DNA of 63,675 nt, the filler included, from Octopus bimaculoides (Eukaryota), in assembly GCF_001194135.2 (NCBI RefSeq). It is 5 parts of 5 records of this genome, joined end to end, with 100 filler letters (N's around TTAATTAATTAA, not from the genome) between each part and the next. Parts side by side here need not be neighbours in the genome. Positions count along the whole stretch, not along the records: positions 1 to 26,516 come from NC_068982.1; positions 26,617 to 44,670 come from NC_068986.1; 3 more parts are not named here. The stretch is one strand, 5' to 3'. Under the pieces are notes generated by a model. That model did no database searches. It was not told the origin of the DNA and worked only from the letters and a program-made list of their open reading frames with translations. Below are positions 14,041 through 28,197 of this stretch, one piece after another. Within the stretch, counting starts at the first letter, position 1. Each line of letters begins with the position of its first letter. Both the position numbers and the translations under genes were made by a program.

Positions 14041-14181
14041 GTTTATATTAAGCAGTGCTTTTTTGCAGTGTGTAAGTGTGTGTATGTACGCGCGCGCCAC
14101 TGTGTGCCTTTGTGTATGTGTATGTCGTATATCAATATATGTATATGTATAGCCAATATAGATAGATAGATAGATAGATAC

Positions 14182-14450
14182 ATTTCTTTTATTGGCCACA
14201 CAGGGCTCAACAAAGATGGGACAAATACAATGTAGAGCTTTTCTTTGGGGGGGGGGGGNNNNNNNNNNNNNNNNNNNNNNNNNNNNNNNNNNNNNNNNNN
14301 NNNNNNNNNNNNNNNNNNNNNNNNNNNNNNNNNNNNNNNNNNNNNGGGGGGGGGGAAGGAAAAAAAGTAGGGATGGGTGTCGATCAAAAGGGATCGTAGG
14401 AAGGAAAAAAGGGGGGGAGTTCGATGAAAAGGGACCGAGAGAGAAAAAAA
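14182..14450 (-). mobile_element. LINE 3'-end fragment (Tx1/L1-like) inside (GATA)n
   Basis: Minus strand ends ...gagccctgtgtggccaataaagaaatg followed by (TATC)n; pyrimidine-rich 3' UTR; homologous to 31622-31885 and 57290-57350. Clade assignment is an inference. Confidence 0.6.
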
Positions 14451-16735
14451 ATAGATAGATAGATAGATAGATGCATACATACATACATACATACATACAT
14501 ACATACATACCCAGGTACGGACACGCACATCGCACACACACACACGCACACACACACGCATACATGCCAAATATTCAACTTATTTGACAGTCTGAATTCT
14601 TGAGTCAACGTTAACTTTTCTTTTCGATGAATTCATTTTGATTACAAAGTCTCGCTACATTTTGATCGCGGCGCTCTTTGGCATCTTTATTAGTTGTAAA
14701 ATTGCTAGCTTTCTCTTCAGTACTCAACATATATCTGTGCGACGTAATCTTTTCGTCTGAGAAACCATGGAAATGGAAGCATGATTAAACCCGCGTGTTA
14801 TTAGCATTTTGCTTCTTGAAAGAATCCTATTTAGAATTTTTTTGTTATTTTTGTAATCTTAAAAGATATATGTTGTTTATAGATATATTTTTATTTGATT
14901 TTTGTTTTTGTATGCCTATCCTATTACTGATGTACTTTACTCTTATTTAATATGTTACAAATAAATGACTGTTGAATATTAACCCCATCGATAAGGAAGT
15001 CGACGTCCGTGTTATAATCATCATCATCATCATCGTCATCATCAACCTCATCAACGTTATCTTTACTACAGTTAACCAGTAAATTGATTGCCTAAGCTGA
15101 TGAAAGTTAATGTAAGATTAATCCTAACTTATCCGACAACAGGAGAATTATAGAAATATAGCAAGCCACATAAATACAAATACACATTCAGTCTCTCCCC
15201 TCTCCCTCTCTCACGGATGCGTTTTCTAGTTTTCTCCTCTTTCTCTCTATCTCTTCTTATCTTCCTCGTTTATTCGTTCGCTTACTTACTCATTTGTGCT
15301 ATGTTGTTATTTTATTCGGTTTCAAAACGTAGCTTGCTAAAAACAGATAGCATCAAAATAAAGACAGATATACTGAGCCTAATTTTCCGTAGTTGTTCTG
15401 CATCAGTAGTTCTTAACCTTATTTAATTTTCTTTTTTTCTTTTTTTTTTTTGTAGCACCCCTTTTTAAGTCAATGCCTAGCGCCCACCTCAGTGGCGTTT
15501 GAGGTATCAAAACTAAACTAACTTAACATAGATGATACTTAATAAATTTTACACTAAATATGGATTGTATAAGCTTTTAAGAGTGAAACTGATAAAGGCA
15601 AAAGTTGTAAATCTACTTTATAAACCGCATGTTAATGACTTCCCGGTGCCTGATGAGATCTAACTAAATTCCTTATATCAGGTTCAGTGTTAGTCAAAAG
15701 AAATCGTAAGTCGTTTTTTTGATTTTTTTTTTTTTTTCTTTTGGCTTATTGCAAATGCATTTTATGACATAGTCAGCAATTCCGACGCCGCACTGAATCC
15801 TTTTTCTAATAAATATGACGAAGAAAGAGCAATGAACAGTAATTTAATTTCTTGCCAATGTTGAGGATACTTGTTTTGCATCGTGGGCCAGAATGATTCA
15901 TAGCTAATCTGTTCAAAATATACTTCAGCTTTGAAAATACATTAGACAGAAATGAATTTATAACACAAACAGATACTCTAATATTAGTAAAATCTTTAAA
16001 ACTTAAGTCTTCATCTTTCAGTGTCTTCTTTCACAATATGCGAAGATAATAAGCAAGACTGCACGCCTGAAAATACTATTCAAGACAGAAATACAAAAAA
16101 CTTAATCTTCCTTGTTCAAGCGCCTTTAGCCACGATATCTCTCATTTTATTTTTATAGCCATTGCTAGTTTTATCATGTATAATAGTTTTATCATGTATA
16201 ATTACTACTAAAGGTAAAATTTCTGGTGGGGAGGGAGCAAGTCGATTAGATCGACCTCAATACGCAACTGGTACTTAATTTATCGACTGCGAGAAGATGA
16301 AAGGCAAAGTCGACGACGGTGGAATATACATTCTAAAAAATATTGTAACTGTTCTGATTTTGTTTAAACCATTCTCTTTCATGTATATTTTTAATATTGA
16401 TTTTCTTCCTCTTTTGTGTGGTGAAAGAATTAACATTTTGGTAATTTCTGGCATCTAATTTTCTTAATTGCTTTTCTTTACTCTCATTGAGTAGTAATTG
16501 AATCATTTCATTTCACGTGGGCGTACATTGCCTGTACTGAAGGCAGTTAAAATTTGTTCATGGACGACTGCAAATGTTTGACAGGTAGGCTACACAAAAT
16601 AAAATTGGTGCAGTACTTTCTTGTAGAAGTTTCACTAATTATCTTTGTTAATTATTTCGGGTTAGAGCAAAAGTAATTGAAATTATAATTCTTTAACAGT
16701 TCACAACATCAACATAAATATATACATGATCAAAA

Positions 16736-16798
<63 letters not shown>

Positions 16799-17590
16799 TA
16801 CATATGAAATGTGTTTATGTATACCTTAACCAAGAAGTTCAAATTTTGTATATCATAGGGGTGTGCAATGTGCAATACAAATAAAGTGGATAAATATAAT
16901 CAAATAATACTTTTTCATATCACCGTTGATAGAAAATAGAAATTGGAATAAATGGAAAAACGTGTGACAACAAAATACTACGTCCTTAAGACATACTTTA
17001 TTGCACGTTATCCAAAATACACTGATTGCTTCATTTGATCGTTGTAACGTAATGCAAAAAAGTTTGTCTCTGGTGATCTATTGTGGTTCAGCATCCAATT
17101 GCATATGGAACATTCAATGCAGAGGCTGCAAGTTACGTAGGAAACATACTATATAAATTTGTCAGTATATACCGGGTGTACCAGAAAAATTGTCCAAATT
17201 TTAGATTCAACTTCGAATTTTTGCATCTCAGGAATGCTTAAAGATAACTTAATTGAATTATCAGAGGTTTTTCTAACCCTATTGGACTGTACTTTGAGCA
17301 AGAATTACACTCCGAGCTCACCAGAAGAATCGTGATGAAGTTGATCATGAACGAAAATGACATTTTCAAAAATAATTAACCTTAACTCAGGATCGGATGC
17401 TCAGAAAGGATTGGAACAATGTTCAAAGTTATGCTTAAAGTCTTATTTCAAAGTGCCAGAGACAATCGTGACCACAATCCTAAATGATAGGCATCAAGAT
17501 TTGCTCCTCTTTTGCCAATGACTCTCTCAACCCTCTCCCTGACTGCATCACAAGCTTTCTTAATGAATTCCTCGTCAATGTTCTCCTCCT

Positions 17591-19041
17591 ATTTCAAAAA
17601 ATGCCATGTTCAAAATTGTTCATACCCTAGGTTTCTGAGTCCAATGTCATTCTTTAATAGTCAATAACATAGCCAGTGTCTTTTTTATGACTGCTTCTAG
17701 ACGATTCTTGTACGTGTCCTGAAGCTTCCTGCATATTTCCTGTGGGATGATGGCCCACATTTCCTTGGCGAAAGCCTCGAGCTGGGTCAGGTATAAATAG
17801 AAGAAAATGCTCTGTTCATTCTCAGTTTCTGATCATTATCGCCAAGAAGAAGGAACTCAAATGAGGACCTACGTCAACGTCTTGTGCGTACCCACAGTGA
17901 AGGTAAGGATTACAAGGCCATTTCAAACCAGTTTCATGTTCCTGTAGCAACCGCCGTCCAGAGCATAATCAACAAGCACAAGAGGTTCAACACTGTTAAA
18001 CCCTCAGTGGGCGTTGCAGAAATCATAAGGTGTTTCCAAAACTTGCCAGAAAAATCTGCCGAGAGGTCAACAACAACCCTCGAACCACAATCAAGGCCCT
18101 AATTGAAAGGCTTGACCAGGCAGGGACGAACGTATCAAGGTCCAGCATTGAGAGAGTTTTGCACAGGTCTCCATCGACGTAGGCCTCGGAAGACGCCGCT
18201 GCTCAGGAAAAGACATCTGGAGGCTTTCCTGACCTTTGCTAGAGGTCATCTGAAGCAAGATCCCAGCTTTTGGTCAACTATCTTGCGGTCTGATGAAACA
18301 AAGTTGGCTATATGGATGCTGAATATGTCTGGAGGAAGAAAGGAGAAGCATACAAGCCGAAGAACACTGTCTCTACCGTCAAGTATAGTGGTTGAAACAT
18401 GATGTTATGTGGATGCTTTTCTCCCAGTGGCACAGGGAACCATGTCAAATGCCAAGGGTTTTGTGAGAAAGGAGGATTACATCAGGATCCGTGAAGGAAT
18501 CTGCTGAGGAACTCCAACTTGGCCACAACTGGAAGTACCAGGAGGATAATGATCCGAAACATACCACCAAAGTAGTGGAGAAATAGTTCAAGGACAATGA
18601 TATCGACGTCCTAGAATGGCCAAGTTATAGTCCAGACCTGAATCCGATCGAGAACTTGTGGCTAGATTTGAAGACTAGAGTGATGGCTAGGAGGAAACCG
18701 ACCAAGGTGACCCAGCTCGAGGCTTTCACCATGGAAAAATGAGCCAACATCCTACAGGAGACATGCAGGAAGCTTGTGAACACGTACAAGAATCGCCTAG
18801 AAGTAGTAAAAAAACAAAGGCTATGCTATTTGCCTCAGTAAATCTAGAGTATGAATAATTTTGAACATGGCATTTTTTGAAAATCCATGAATAAAATATC
18901 CCTGAAATGAAGAATTTCTTGAATTGTGTATTGTTTTTATACAAATCATAAACAAACTTGACAAAATGCATTCATTTCATCACAAAAATTTTAAAAAGTC
19001 ACAAAAATTATCAAGGGTATGAACAATTTTGAGGATGACTG
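17591..19041 (+). mobile_element. Tc1-like DD34E transposon, decayed, left end truncated
   Basis: Broken ORF from about 17838 (AKKKEL...), SDETK, QEDNDPKH...[15 protein letters not shown] with 34 residues between D and E; right end ...GAGGATGACTG followed by TA at 19042-43; repeated terminal motif (T)ATGAA(C/T)AATTTTGA at about 18850 and 19018. Confidence 0.93.
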
Positions 19042-20529
19042 TAGTCTATGTAGTAACATAGACAAATTACCAACGAGGAAACATGTAATTCTTCGGCTTA
19101 TTAGAAGTAGTACCTACATCTCTCTTAATTATACCGTCCTGCCTTAAAAATGAAGGTACATATTGAATAGTGTAAGTTGAGACACAACATGTCATACAAA
19201 AATGGCGGCATGGTCACACCGAGAGCGACATATTATTATGACTATTGAGGGAATTATGTGAACAAATATCCGTTTGCAGAAAGATGTGAGCATCCGATTT
19301 TTACATCCACTGTATGTTCCTGAGGCTTCTTATTTATTCATAAAGCCATTGTTGCATTATAGTAACGTTATCATTCCTAATTTATGTCACGCCCTTCTAC
19401 ATCCAGTGATGCATGCATATTTTATAATTCATGTTTTCACCATACTGCACATGTAATCCTTTCTCATTAGTCCAGACTCTATTTTATATGTTGAAAATAC
19501 ATGCTTCAGTGAAATTCCAACTAGCAAATATAGAACTGTCTTCCACCTGTTTTGGCTTATATCTTATTTCTTTTACATTTTTTTTTTTTTACCTGTTACC
19601 AGAAAATCACTGCAATTCAGAATCAGATATCAACTTGAATATATCATATCTTAATATATTCCACATCGATCCACTCTCAAAGCACAACTCTTACAGTATC
19701 TCTAAAAAGCAATTTCATTCCTCTTTTTCTTTTCTTTTAGTTATTCCTTTTCTTCAATAACACCCTCGTGATAATTTATATTCCTATAGTGCATCTAAAT
19801 TGTAAATGAAATTATAATAGAGGATTTCGTTGTGCGTGATTACTCTCTTTTTTTCATTTATTTTTAACAATGAAAAATATACATCAATCACTTCAGATGT
19901 GCAAACGTGCAATCATTAGTTTATTCTGATACAGACTTTCATTAAAATCCCTAATTACCACAATTTCGTACATAAAACTTCAACGTGTATTTAACATATG
20001 CACGTCAATAGTTAACCAATAGATCCATTTAATTTTTCTCATGGCCCAGCTTGTATTCGATGCTATCACAAGCATCCTATTTCCCGTATTAAAGCTGTCA
20101 CTAAGCTATATTGAACAATTCGTTTCCAACATGACAAAAGTTTACAACATGACAAAAGTTGGTTTTATAAATAAATATTAATAAAATATCAAGTTAAAAT
20201 CATTTACCCCAAAACTTATGAAGACTTATTTCTATTGTTTTGGAAAACAGTAAAATCGTTCCAAACTCTTGGCGTAAAAAAAAATTTAATTACTTGAAAA
20301 TTGTTCGGCAAGTATTATTTTTCAAGTAAAATTATGTTACTTGGTTGAATTATGCACACATTTTTACAAGAACACTGAGTTGTGTCTCAGAGGGTTGGAA
20401 TCCGGCAGTAAAAATGTAATTTCGAGCGAGCTAGCTAGCTAGCTAGCTAGATAGATAGATAGATAGATGGATGGATGGATGGATGGATGGATGGATGGAT
20501 GGATGGATGGACAATATAATATGTACATA

Positions 20530-20563
<34 letters not shown>

Positions 20564-20645
20564 NNNNNNNNNNNNNNNNNNNNNNNNNNNNNNNNNNNNN
20601 NNNNNNNNNNNNNNATATTATATTGTCCATCCATCCATCCATCCA

Positions 20646-20702
<57 letters not shown>

Positions 20703-22432
20703 TAGTTAAATATTTCTATTCAAGTTTTGCATCGACAAAATACTAACAAAAGGGACCATAAGCTATGTGACATCTTAACATATCTGTAATCTATACTTAT
20801 CCTTAGAATACAGTTGAATTTCGCATTGTCATGCAATACTTGGCATCACATTTAAAAATTGACGTCACCATTTTTGTTAGGCTGTATTAATGCTGGTCTT
20901 TGACTTCTGTGAATTAATATCACGAAAAAAGGTAAACCAATATTATGGGTCTTGATACATGACGTTGTGTGATGAAAGCAGAAGTATTTGCATTTAAAGA
21001 ATAGCGAATGAATAATGAGGTTTGGAACTTTATGCACATTCATTCAGATCTGTCACTCTCTCAGACATTGACTTGACATAAATGGTAAATCTGGTGATTT
21101 ACTGTCGACGCGGAGCTTTACTGTTTCGAAGATGAATTCCTAGAATAGTTTGTAGTGAGGAGTAAAGAGGCCGAAACATTTGGCCATACAGAACTTACAT
21201 TATTTATATGCAACAAGTAAATATATATATTGTTTATTTTTGTTGATGTTTTATAGGTAATACTTGACGTCGAGTGGATAAATGATAAATGACATCAAAA
21301 TCATTACTGTTGTGACAATCTAACTGTATTGTATATAGAAAACGGTAACGTATAATTTGGAGAAGATTTAGCTAGCATTTTTAGCAAATCGAGTGACTAC
21401 GTAGTTCTCACTTTTTTACTGATAGGATAATCAGATATCGTTTTGTAACTTACTCGAATAGTTTTGTTCTTTTTCATATGATAAATGTGAGATGCCATTT
21501 GTAAATGGCATCTTAAGAAGCTAAGCCGGTTGATGCCTGCCTCTATGAATTCTGGCAAAGACCTTTAGCCCGATGAAAGCAGCTTTTGTTAGATAGATAA
21601 GCTACATTAGTACTCATTTATTTGCTCTTTGCTGATTGCGAGAGAGAAGAAACGGGATATCGTCCGCAATAGTAGTTCGTATTACCGAATGAGAAGGCAG
21701 AAATGCAACATTCATCTAGACAGGAATTTGAATTCAGATTGTACAGGTGGGGAATGACTACCAGAGTATACAAGCCGGTGTTCTAACGAATCCGCCAGAT
21801 TGTTGCCTCAACTCATTTGTAATCAATACATAAATTTTGGTGAGGAGATTTCGTAGATTTGTTTTTGTTGTTTTTAAGAGCCAAGGGTTGAATAATTTCT
21901 TTGGGTTTTCTTCTAAGAATAATATGATATGTATAGTATTAAGTTTCAACTCTCTGCTTTCCGATTTAGTGTAAAATTTACCTGATATTTCTATGGAATT
22001 CAAAATATGTACTTGTAATTCAGCCGACTGTGGAACTTAACCCGTTCCTATAAACGTTTGCCAAATCAAAAGATGTGAAAATGCAAGACTTTAATATTCG
22101 AAATGCTTATTTTAACACCATAGTTAAGTAGATAAGGTAGTACTAGATTTCTATTTTCCAGAACGGAAGTTTGCATTCTCAGCAGCTGTTCATATGCATC
22201 CCCAGAGAAATATATCTATAATTATGTAAGGTTATATGTATATACTAAAGAGAATGTTATTTAAAATAGCGTTCCAGTATATCTCTGAATAACGATATAC
22301 GTTTTGGTATAATGTTGAGTAAGTAAACGAACCAGGTTTTCTGCCCATTATGAATTCGCGCGTTATCTCCCTTTAAAATTCATACATTTTTGTGTGTCTC
22401 TTTTTTCGCTTTTTCCTTTATACATATTCTTT

Positions 22433-22620
22433 TATCTGCTTCAGTCATTTGACTGCGTCCATGCAGGAGCACCATCTTAAGGGGTTTTAGTCGAAGAAAT
22501 CGACCCCAGGACTTATTCTTTGTAAGCCTAGTACTTATACTATGAGTCTCTTTTGCAGAACCGCTAAGTTATCGAGACATAATAAACACACCAATATCGG
22601 CTTCCAAGCAATGTTGGAGG
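22433..22620 (-). mobile_element. tRNA-SINE family A, 3' half
   Basis: Homologous to the 3' half of the full copy at 39358-39741 (cagtcat..gactgcggccatgctgg; gaac.gctaagtta). Confidence 0.8.
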
Positions 22621-23548
22621 GATACAGATACACAAATGCGTATATATATATATATNNNNNNNNNNNNNNNNNNNNNNNNNNNNNNNNNNNNNNNNNNNNN
22701 NNNNNNNNNNNNNNNNNNNNNNNNNNNNNNNNNNNNNNNNNNNNNNNNNNNNNNNNNNNNNNNNNNNNNNNNNNNNNNNNNNNNNNNNNNNNNNNNNNNN
22801 NNNNNNNNNNNNNNNNNNNNNNNNNNNNNNNNNNNNNNNNNNNNNNNNNNNNNNNNNNNNNNNNNNNNNNNNNNNNNNNNNNNNNNNNNNNNNNNNNNNN
22901 NNNNNNNNNNNNNNNNNNNNNNNNNNNNNNNNNNNNNNNNNNNNNNNNNNNNNNNNNNNNNNNNNNNNNNNNNNNNNNNNNNNNNNNNNNNNNNNNNNNN
23001 NNNNNNNNNNNNNNNNNNNNNNNNNNNNNNNNNNNNNNNNNNNNNNNNNNNNNNNNNNNNNNNNNNNNNNNNNNNNNNNNNNNNNNNNNNNNNNNNNNNN
23101 NNNNNNNNNNNNNNNNNNNNNNNNNNNNNNNNNNNNNNNNNNNNNNNNNNNNNNNNNNNNNNNNNNNNNNNNNNNNNNNNNNNNNNNNNNNNNNNNNNNN
23201 NNNNNNNNNNNNNNNNNNNNNNNNNNNNNNNNNNNNNNNNNNNNNNNNNNNNNNNNNNNNNNNNNNNNNNNNNNNNNNNNNNNNNNNNNNNNNNNNNNNN
23301 NNNNNNNNNNNNNNNNNNNNNNNNNNNNNNNNNNNNNNNNNNNNNNNNNNNNNNNNNNNNNNNNNNNNNNNNNNNNNNNNNNNNNNNNNNNNNNNNNNNN
23401 NNNNNNNNNNNNNNNNNNNNNNNNNNNNNNNNNNNNNNNNNNNNNNNNNNNNNNNNNNNNNNNNNNNNNNNNNNNNNNNNNNNNNNNNNNNNNNNNNNNN
23501 NNNNNNNNNNNNNNNNNNNNNNNNNNNNNNNNNNNNNNNNNNNNNNNN

Positions 23549-23583
<35 letters not shown>

Positions 23584-23587
23584 GAGG

Positions 23588-23657
<70 letters not shown>

Positions 23658-25287
23658 TGGAACTACATTGCCCAGTGCGTAAATTTTGTTTTATGTCAGT
23701 AGAACGTGACATGATGGAGATTTAGTCCTTATTTGTCATAGATTGAGACCACGTAGAGTTCTTCCTGTTGTAAAATATCAGTGCTGAGAAAGTTATGTAT
23801 AAACTATCTGCGAAACCGGTCTAGTAACTTTCTTAACTGCTATCTATTCGGATCATGAATGAAGACAATACACAGGGCATGTCATCCCCCATGCTATGAC
23901 AAACCCATGAAGTAGAATTCTATAATATTCTAACTAAACAATAATAATACAACTATCTTGCAATAATCGATTCCAGCAATATATTGCAACCTTTAAGAGG
24001 CAGTATCTACAGTGAGATAAAACAAGCCATGGAAACTTAAGTAAAAGATTCCTAGAGATATATTATCTCAATAATTAGATACCTAGATATATAATATGCA
24101 ATATTAGGAAAGAATCACTATTCTTTTATAGACCAAGAATTAAAAATATGCTGGGCGGGGTTGTGTATTGAAGAAAGGGACACTGTCATAAAAATTGGAC
24201 ACGAATTGTTAACTTTTTTTGCTTGAGAAGAAGACGCTTAGTCACGCACAGCTACCACATATGTTTATATAAAAACAATTATAAATCAAGTAAACAAGCG
24301 AACCTTCACGTGATCGCTCGAGCTGCAAGAAATAGCAGTTAATTATAGCAGTTGACTATCCCTTTTAAAACAATATTAGAAAGTGAGAACGACAGGTTAC
24401 ATGATATAATCCTTTCTGTTATAGGCGCGAGGCGTGACGTTTTGGGGGAACAGGAATAAGTCGAATACATCGACACCAATGCTCAACTAGTACTTATTTT
24501 ATCTTCCTGGAAGGGGTAAAAGCAAAGTCGACCGCGGCAAAAAATTTTCCGGCGTGCCAGCTCATCGCCTTAGCTTATAGAATATAATCCAAGACAAACT
24601 GTCTGAAAAAGGGAGAGAATGGTCACGCGAGGGCTTCGGATTGGTAGAGTCGTTAGAGTGCTGGGTAGAATTTTTAGCGCTACTTTTACCGACTCATTGT
24701 GCTGAATTCAAATCAGCCGAAGTCATCTTTACGAATTAAACATTCTGAGTTCATTATCGGTCTACGGCAGTGTATCTTCAGAATCATTAGCTTGGTTGCC
24801 GTGCGGAATCTCTTCTGAGTTCGAATGTTGCGCCATTTCCAAATGTCGGAGATGGAGCTGACACATAGCATCGTATTTTAAAAGTAAGTGAAAATACAAT
24901 TCGTTTGGTTCGATCATAAGATCGAACGCCGCCACCACCATCCTGAAAGGATAAAAGGAAAATTCTAGTCCCGCATGATTTACAATCAATACCTAAAGCA
25001 AAACAAGGTATATATATTTCATTTTATCTAGTTTCAGGTCATGAGCTGTGGCCATGCTGGGGCNNNNNNNNNNNNNNNNNNNNNNNNNNNNNNNNNNNNN
25101 NNNNNNNNNNNNNNNNNNNNNNNNNNNNNNNNNNNNNNNNNNNNNNNNNNNNNNNNNNNNNNNNNNNNNNNNNNNNNNNNNNNNNNNNNNNNNNNNNNNN
25201 NNNNNNNNNNNNNNNNNNNNNNNNNNNNNNNNNNNNNNNNNNNNNNNNNNNNNNNNNNNNNNNNNNNNNNNNNNNNNNNNNNNNNNN

Positions 25288-25331
<44 letters not shown>

Positions 25332-26476
25332 AATGAATACTGTAATGTGTTTAATCCAACATTTTGTCGTTTTAGGAGATACTGAATAAACTTCGTATCA
25401 ATAACCTTTTCTTATGTTCCATTTTATTGGCGAAACACGCCTGGCAGAGTTTTCAACTTTTGCATAAACGTGTTAGATAAAAGTTAACAATATTAAATGC
25501 TTCCTTGAAACATGCCAGCAGTGCAATAAAATCGTGCCAATTCAATGAAAGCGTATTGTTTTGAAATGAGAAACTTTGTATGCATATCTTGTTATTTGTT
25601 TTTTTTTTGTGTATCTGCATGTGTGTGTCTATGTGTCTGTGTATATGTGTGTGTTTGTATATACACACAATTATAAATATGTGTGTGCTTGTGTGTGTGC
25701 GGGTCTGTGTATGTGTATTTCTTTTATTGCGTCGTCAATTCCTTACAATAGTACATATGTCTCAATATATCCTTGTTCCTCTTCAAAAAGAACATATACG
25801 CATTAGGAAACCAGATCGATCATAAGTAATAAATGACCACCTAACAAAAGAGAAGGAAAGATATCGCTATATGAAAGCATTTAAATACGTTTATCTGAAG
25901 GACGGCGATATCATATAGGTGTGCACTTATGTTAAGAAAACCTGAACAAAAGATACAGAAATTAGTTGCAATCTATCAGGAACGGGTAAAAGGGGATTGT
26001 TGGTAGGCTTTATCACGAAAGAGAGTGAGAAGGAAAGTGAAAGAGAGGAAGAGTGAGAGAAAGGGTGAGCTAAAGAGGGAGATAAGGTCATTCAAACTAA
26101 GGACAAAGCTTAGTAGTAGGCGAAAGAGAATTAGGGGGTCTGGAAATCAATGATTATATATGAAAACTGAACGCCAAAGAAGCAAACATTATCGGGCGTT
26201 TATGGAGATAATGTTTATATACAGAAAACATGCTTAAAAAATGGAAATGTTCATACAAATTCCAATATCTAAGGGGGGGAAAGGCATCGGAGGTGCGATG
26301 CATACCCTGTGCGGAGATAAATGTTTTCGCAAATTATACTATGCGTTGCTTTCCTATGTTTTTTAATTGAACTGGATTAAACCTTGTAAATGTTGTAAAT
26401 TGCCACATTTAAGTGGCAATATACTTCACTTTATCGTGCAGTTACTGTTAATACCTCATTTAGAGAATTAACATTG

Positions 26477-26516
<40 letters not shown>

Positions 26517-26616
26517 NNNNNNNNNNNNNNNNNNNNNNNNNNNNNNNNNNNNNNNNNNNNTTAATTAATTAANNNNNNNNNNNNNNNNNNNNNNNNNNNN
26601 NNNNNNNNNNNNNNNN
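26517..26616. other. Assembly gap spacer N44-TTAATTAATTAA-N44 (also 44671-44770, 57672-57771, and from 62478)
   Basis: Identical 100-nt layout at several sites; TTAATTAATTAA gives stops in all six frames, so it is a scaffolding artefact rather than genomic sequence. Confidence 0.95.
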
Positions 26617-26674
<58 letters not shown>

Positions 26675-26807
26675 AGCACACACACATATATATATATATG
26701 TATATATATATATGTCATATATATATGTGTTTATATATATATAAATATAAATGTATGAATATATATTATGCAATGCACAAACATATTTATACACACATAC
26801 ACACACA

Positions 26808-26841
<34 letters not shown>

Positions 26842-27510
26842 TACACATATTGTGTGCTGTGTGTGCGTGTGTATTGTGTCGGTGCGGTCTCAATGCAGGG
26901 CCATAAATTCTCCACGTCTTATCTGGCGCACACACTTTGTCTCATATCTCTTATCTAATTGTATCATGATATATTTCCCCTATGACCAATGTTACCGTAT
27001 AATGGAACATTTATCAAAATATTGGCTCCCTCTCTCACACTCTCACCCTTCAACCATAACGATATTATTCTCTATGACACGAGGAAGGATATATCTATGA
27101 CTTGTGTATAAGTATCCTAATCGATATCCTACCTGTGTATGTTTCTAATCGATACACATTTATCGCAGCCATAACCACCAATACATTGTGATAATAGCCG
27201 AACATTTAGTTCCATGACTGCGCTCTGGTGAGGTGAACTTCTCTGCTGATTCACAGACGGCTGGCGAGGTCAGTCGAAAGGATGGTTCCATGGTACTCAA
27301 CCGGTTTCACAGCCTCTCCATTTCTGTTTCTTTCAATTTAATTCGAAACAGCCTTCTAAGCCATAGCTACGCGGGATTAGATCTTTCCAACAACATGGTT
27401 CCAGGTTCAGTCCCACTCTGGGCATGTGTCTTCTCTTAAAGCTTTGGGCCGACCAAAGCCTTGTCAGTGAATATTGTTGACAGAAACTAAAAGAAACTAG
27501 TCACACACAC

Positions 27511-27554
<44 letters not shown>

Positions 27555-28121
27555 NNNNNNNNNNNNNNNNNNNNNNNNNNNNNNNNNNNNNNNNNNNNNN
27601 NNNNNNNNNNNNNNNNNNNNNNNNNNNNNNNNNNNNNNNNNNNNNNNNNNNNNNNNNNNNNNNNNNNNNNNNNNNNNNNNNNNNNNNNNNNNNNNNNNNN
27701 NNNNNNNNNNNNNNNNNNNNNNNNNNNNNNNNNNNNNNNNNNNNNNNNNNNNNNNNNNNNNNNNNNNNNNNNNNNNNNNNNNNNNNNNNNNNNNNNNNNN
27801 NNNNNNNNNNNNNNNNNNNNNNNNNNNNNNNNNNNNNNNNNNNNNNNNNNNNNNNNNNNNNNNNNNNNNNNNNNNNNNNNNNNNNNNNNNNNNNNNNNNN
27901 NNNNNNNNNNNNNNNNNNNNNNNNNNNNNNNNNNNNNNNNNNNNNNNNNNNNNNNNNNNNNNNNNNNNNNNNNNNNNNNNNNNNNNNNNNNNNNNNNNNN
28001 NNNNNNNNNNNNNNNNNNNNNNNNNNNNNNNNNNNNNNNNNNNNNNNNNNNNNNNNNNNNNNNNNNNNNNNNNNNNNNNNNNNNNNNNNNNNNNNNNNNN
28101 NNNNNNNNNNNNNNNNNNNNN

Positions 28122-28192
<71 letters not shown>

Positions 28193-28197
28193 CACAC

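Noticed and set aside
21150-21182. Other GAAAC-containing hammerhead-like tails (about 1395-1420, 2250-2275, 21150-21182, 30660-30700)
   Set aside because: Core CTGANGA and stem II are too degraded to model; at most old Penelope-tail remnants.
22542-23712. Long ORFs of 200-530 aa in the ORF track (also at about 27.5, 35, 37, 50, 52 and 60 kb)
   Set aside because: They are runs of X across N gaps joined to microsatellite translations.
24773-24889. Exon-like segment with ag acceptor and GTAAGT donor
   Set aside because: Stops in all three frames and no supporting neighbouring exons.
26561-26572. TTAATTAATTAA recurring at 26561, 44715, 57716 and 62522 like a spaced repeat
   Set aside because: Always centred in 44+44 Ns; a six-frame-stop scaffolding spacer, not biology.
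27250-27310. CTGGCGA...GAAA hammerhead-like spacing
   Set aside because: Stem II is only 2 bp and stems I and III cannot be formed.
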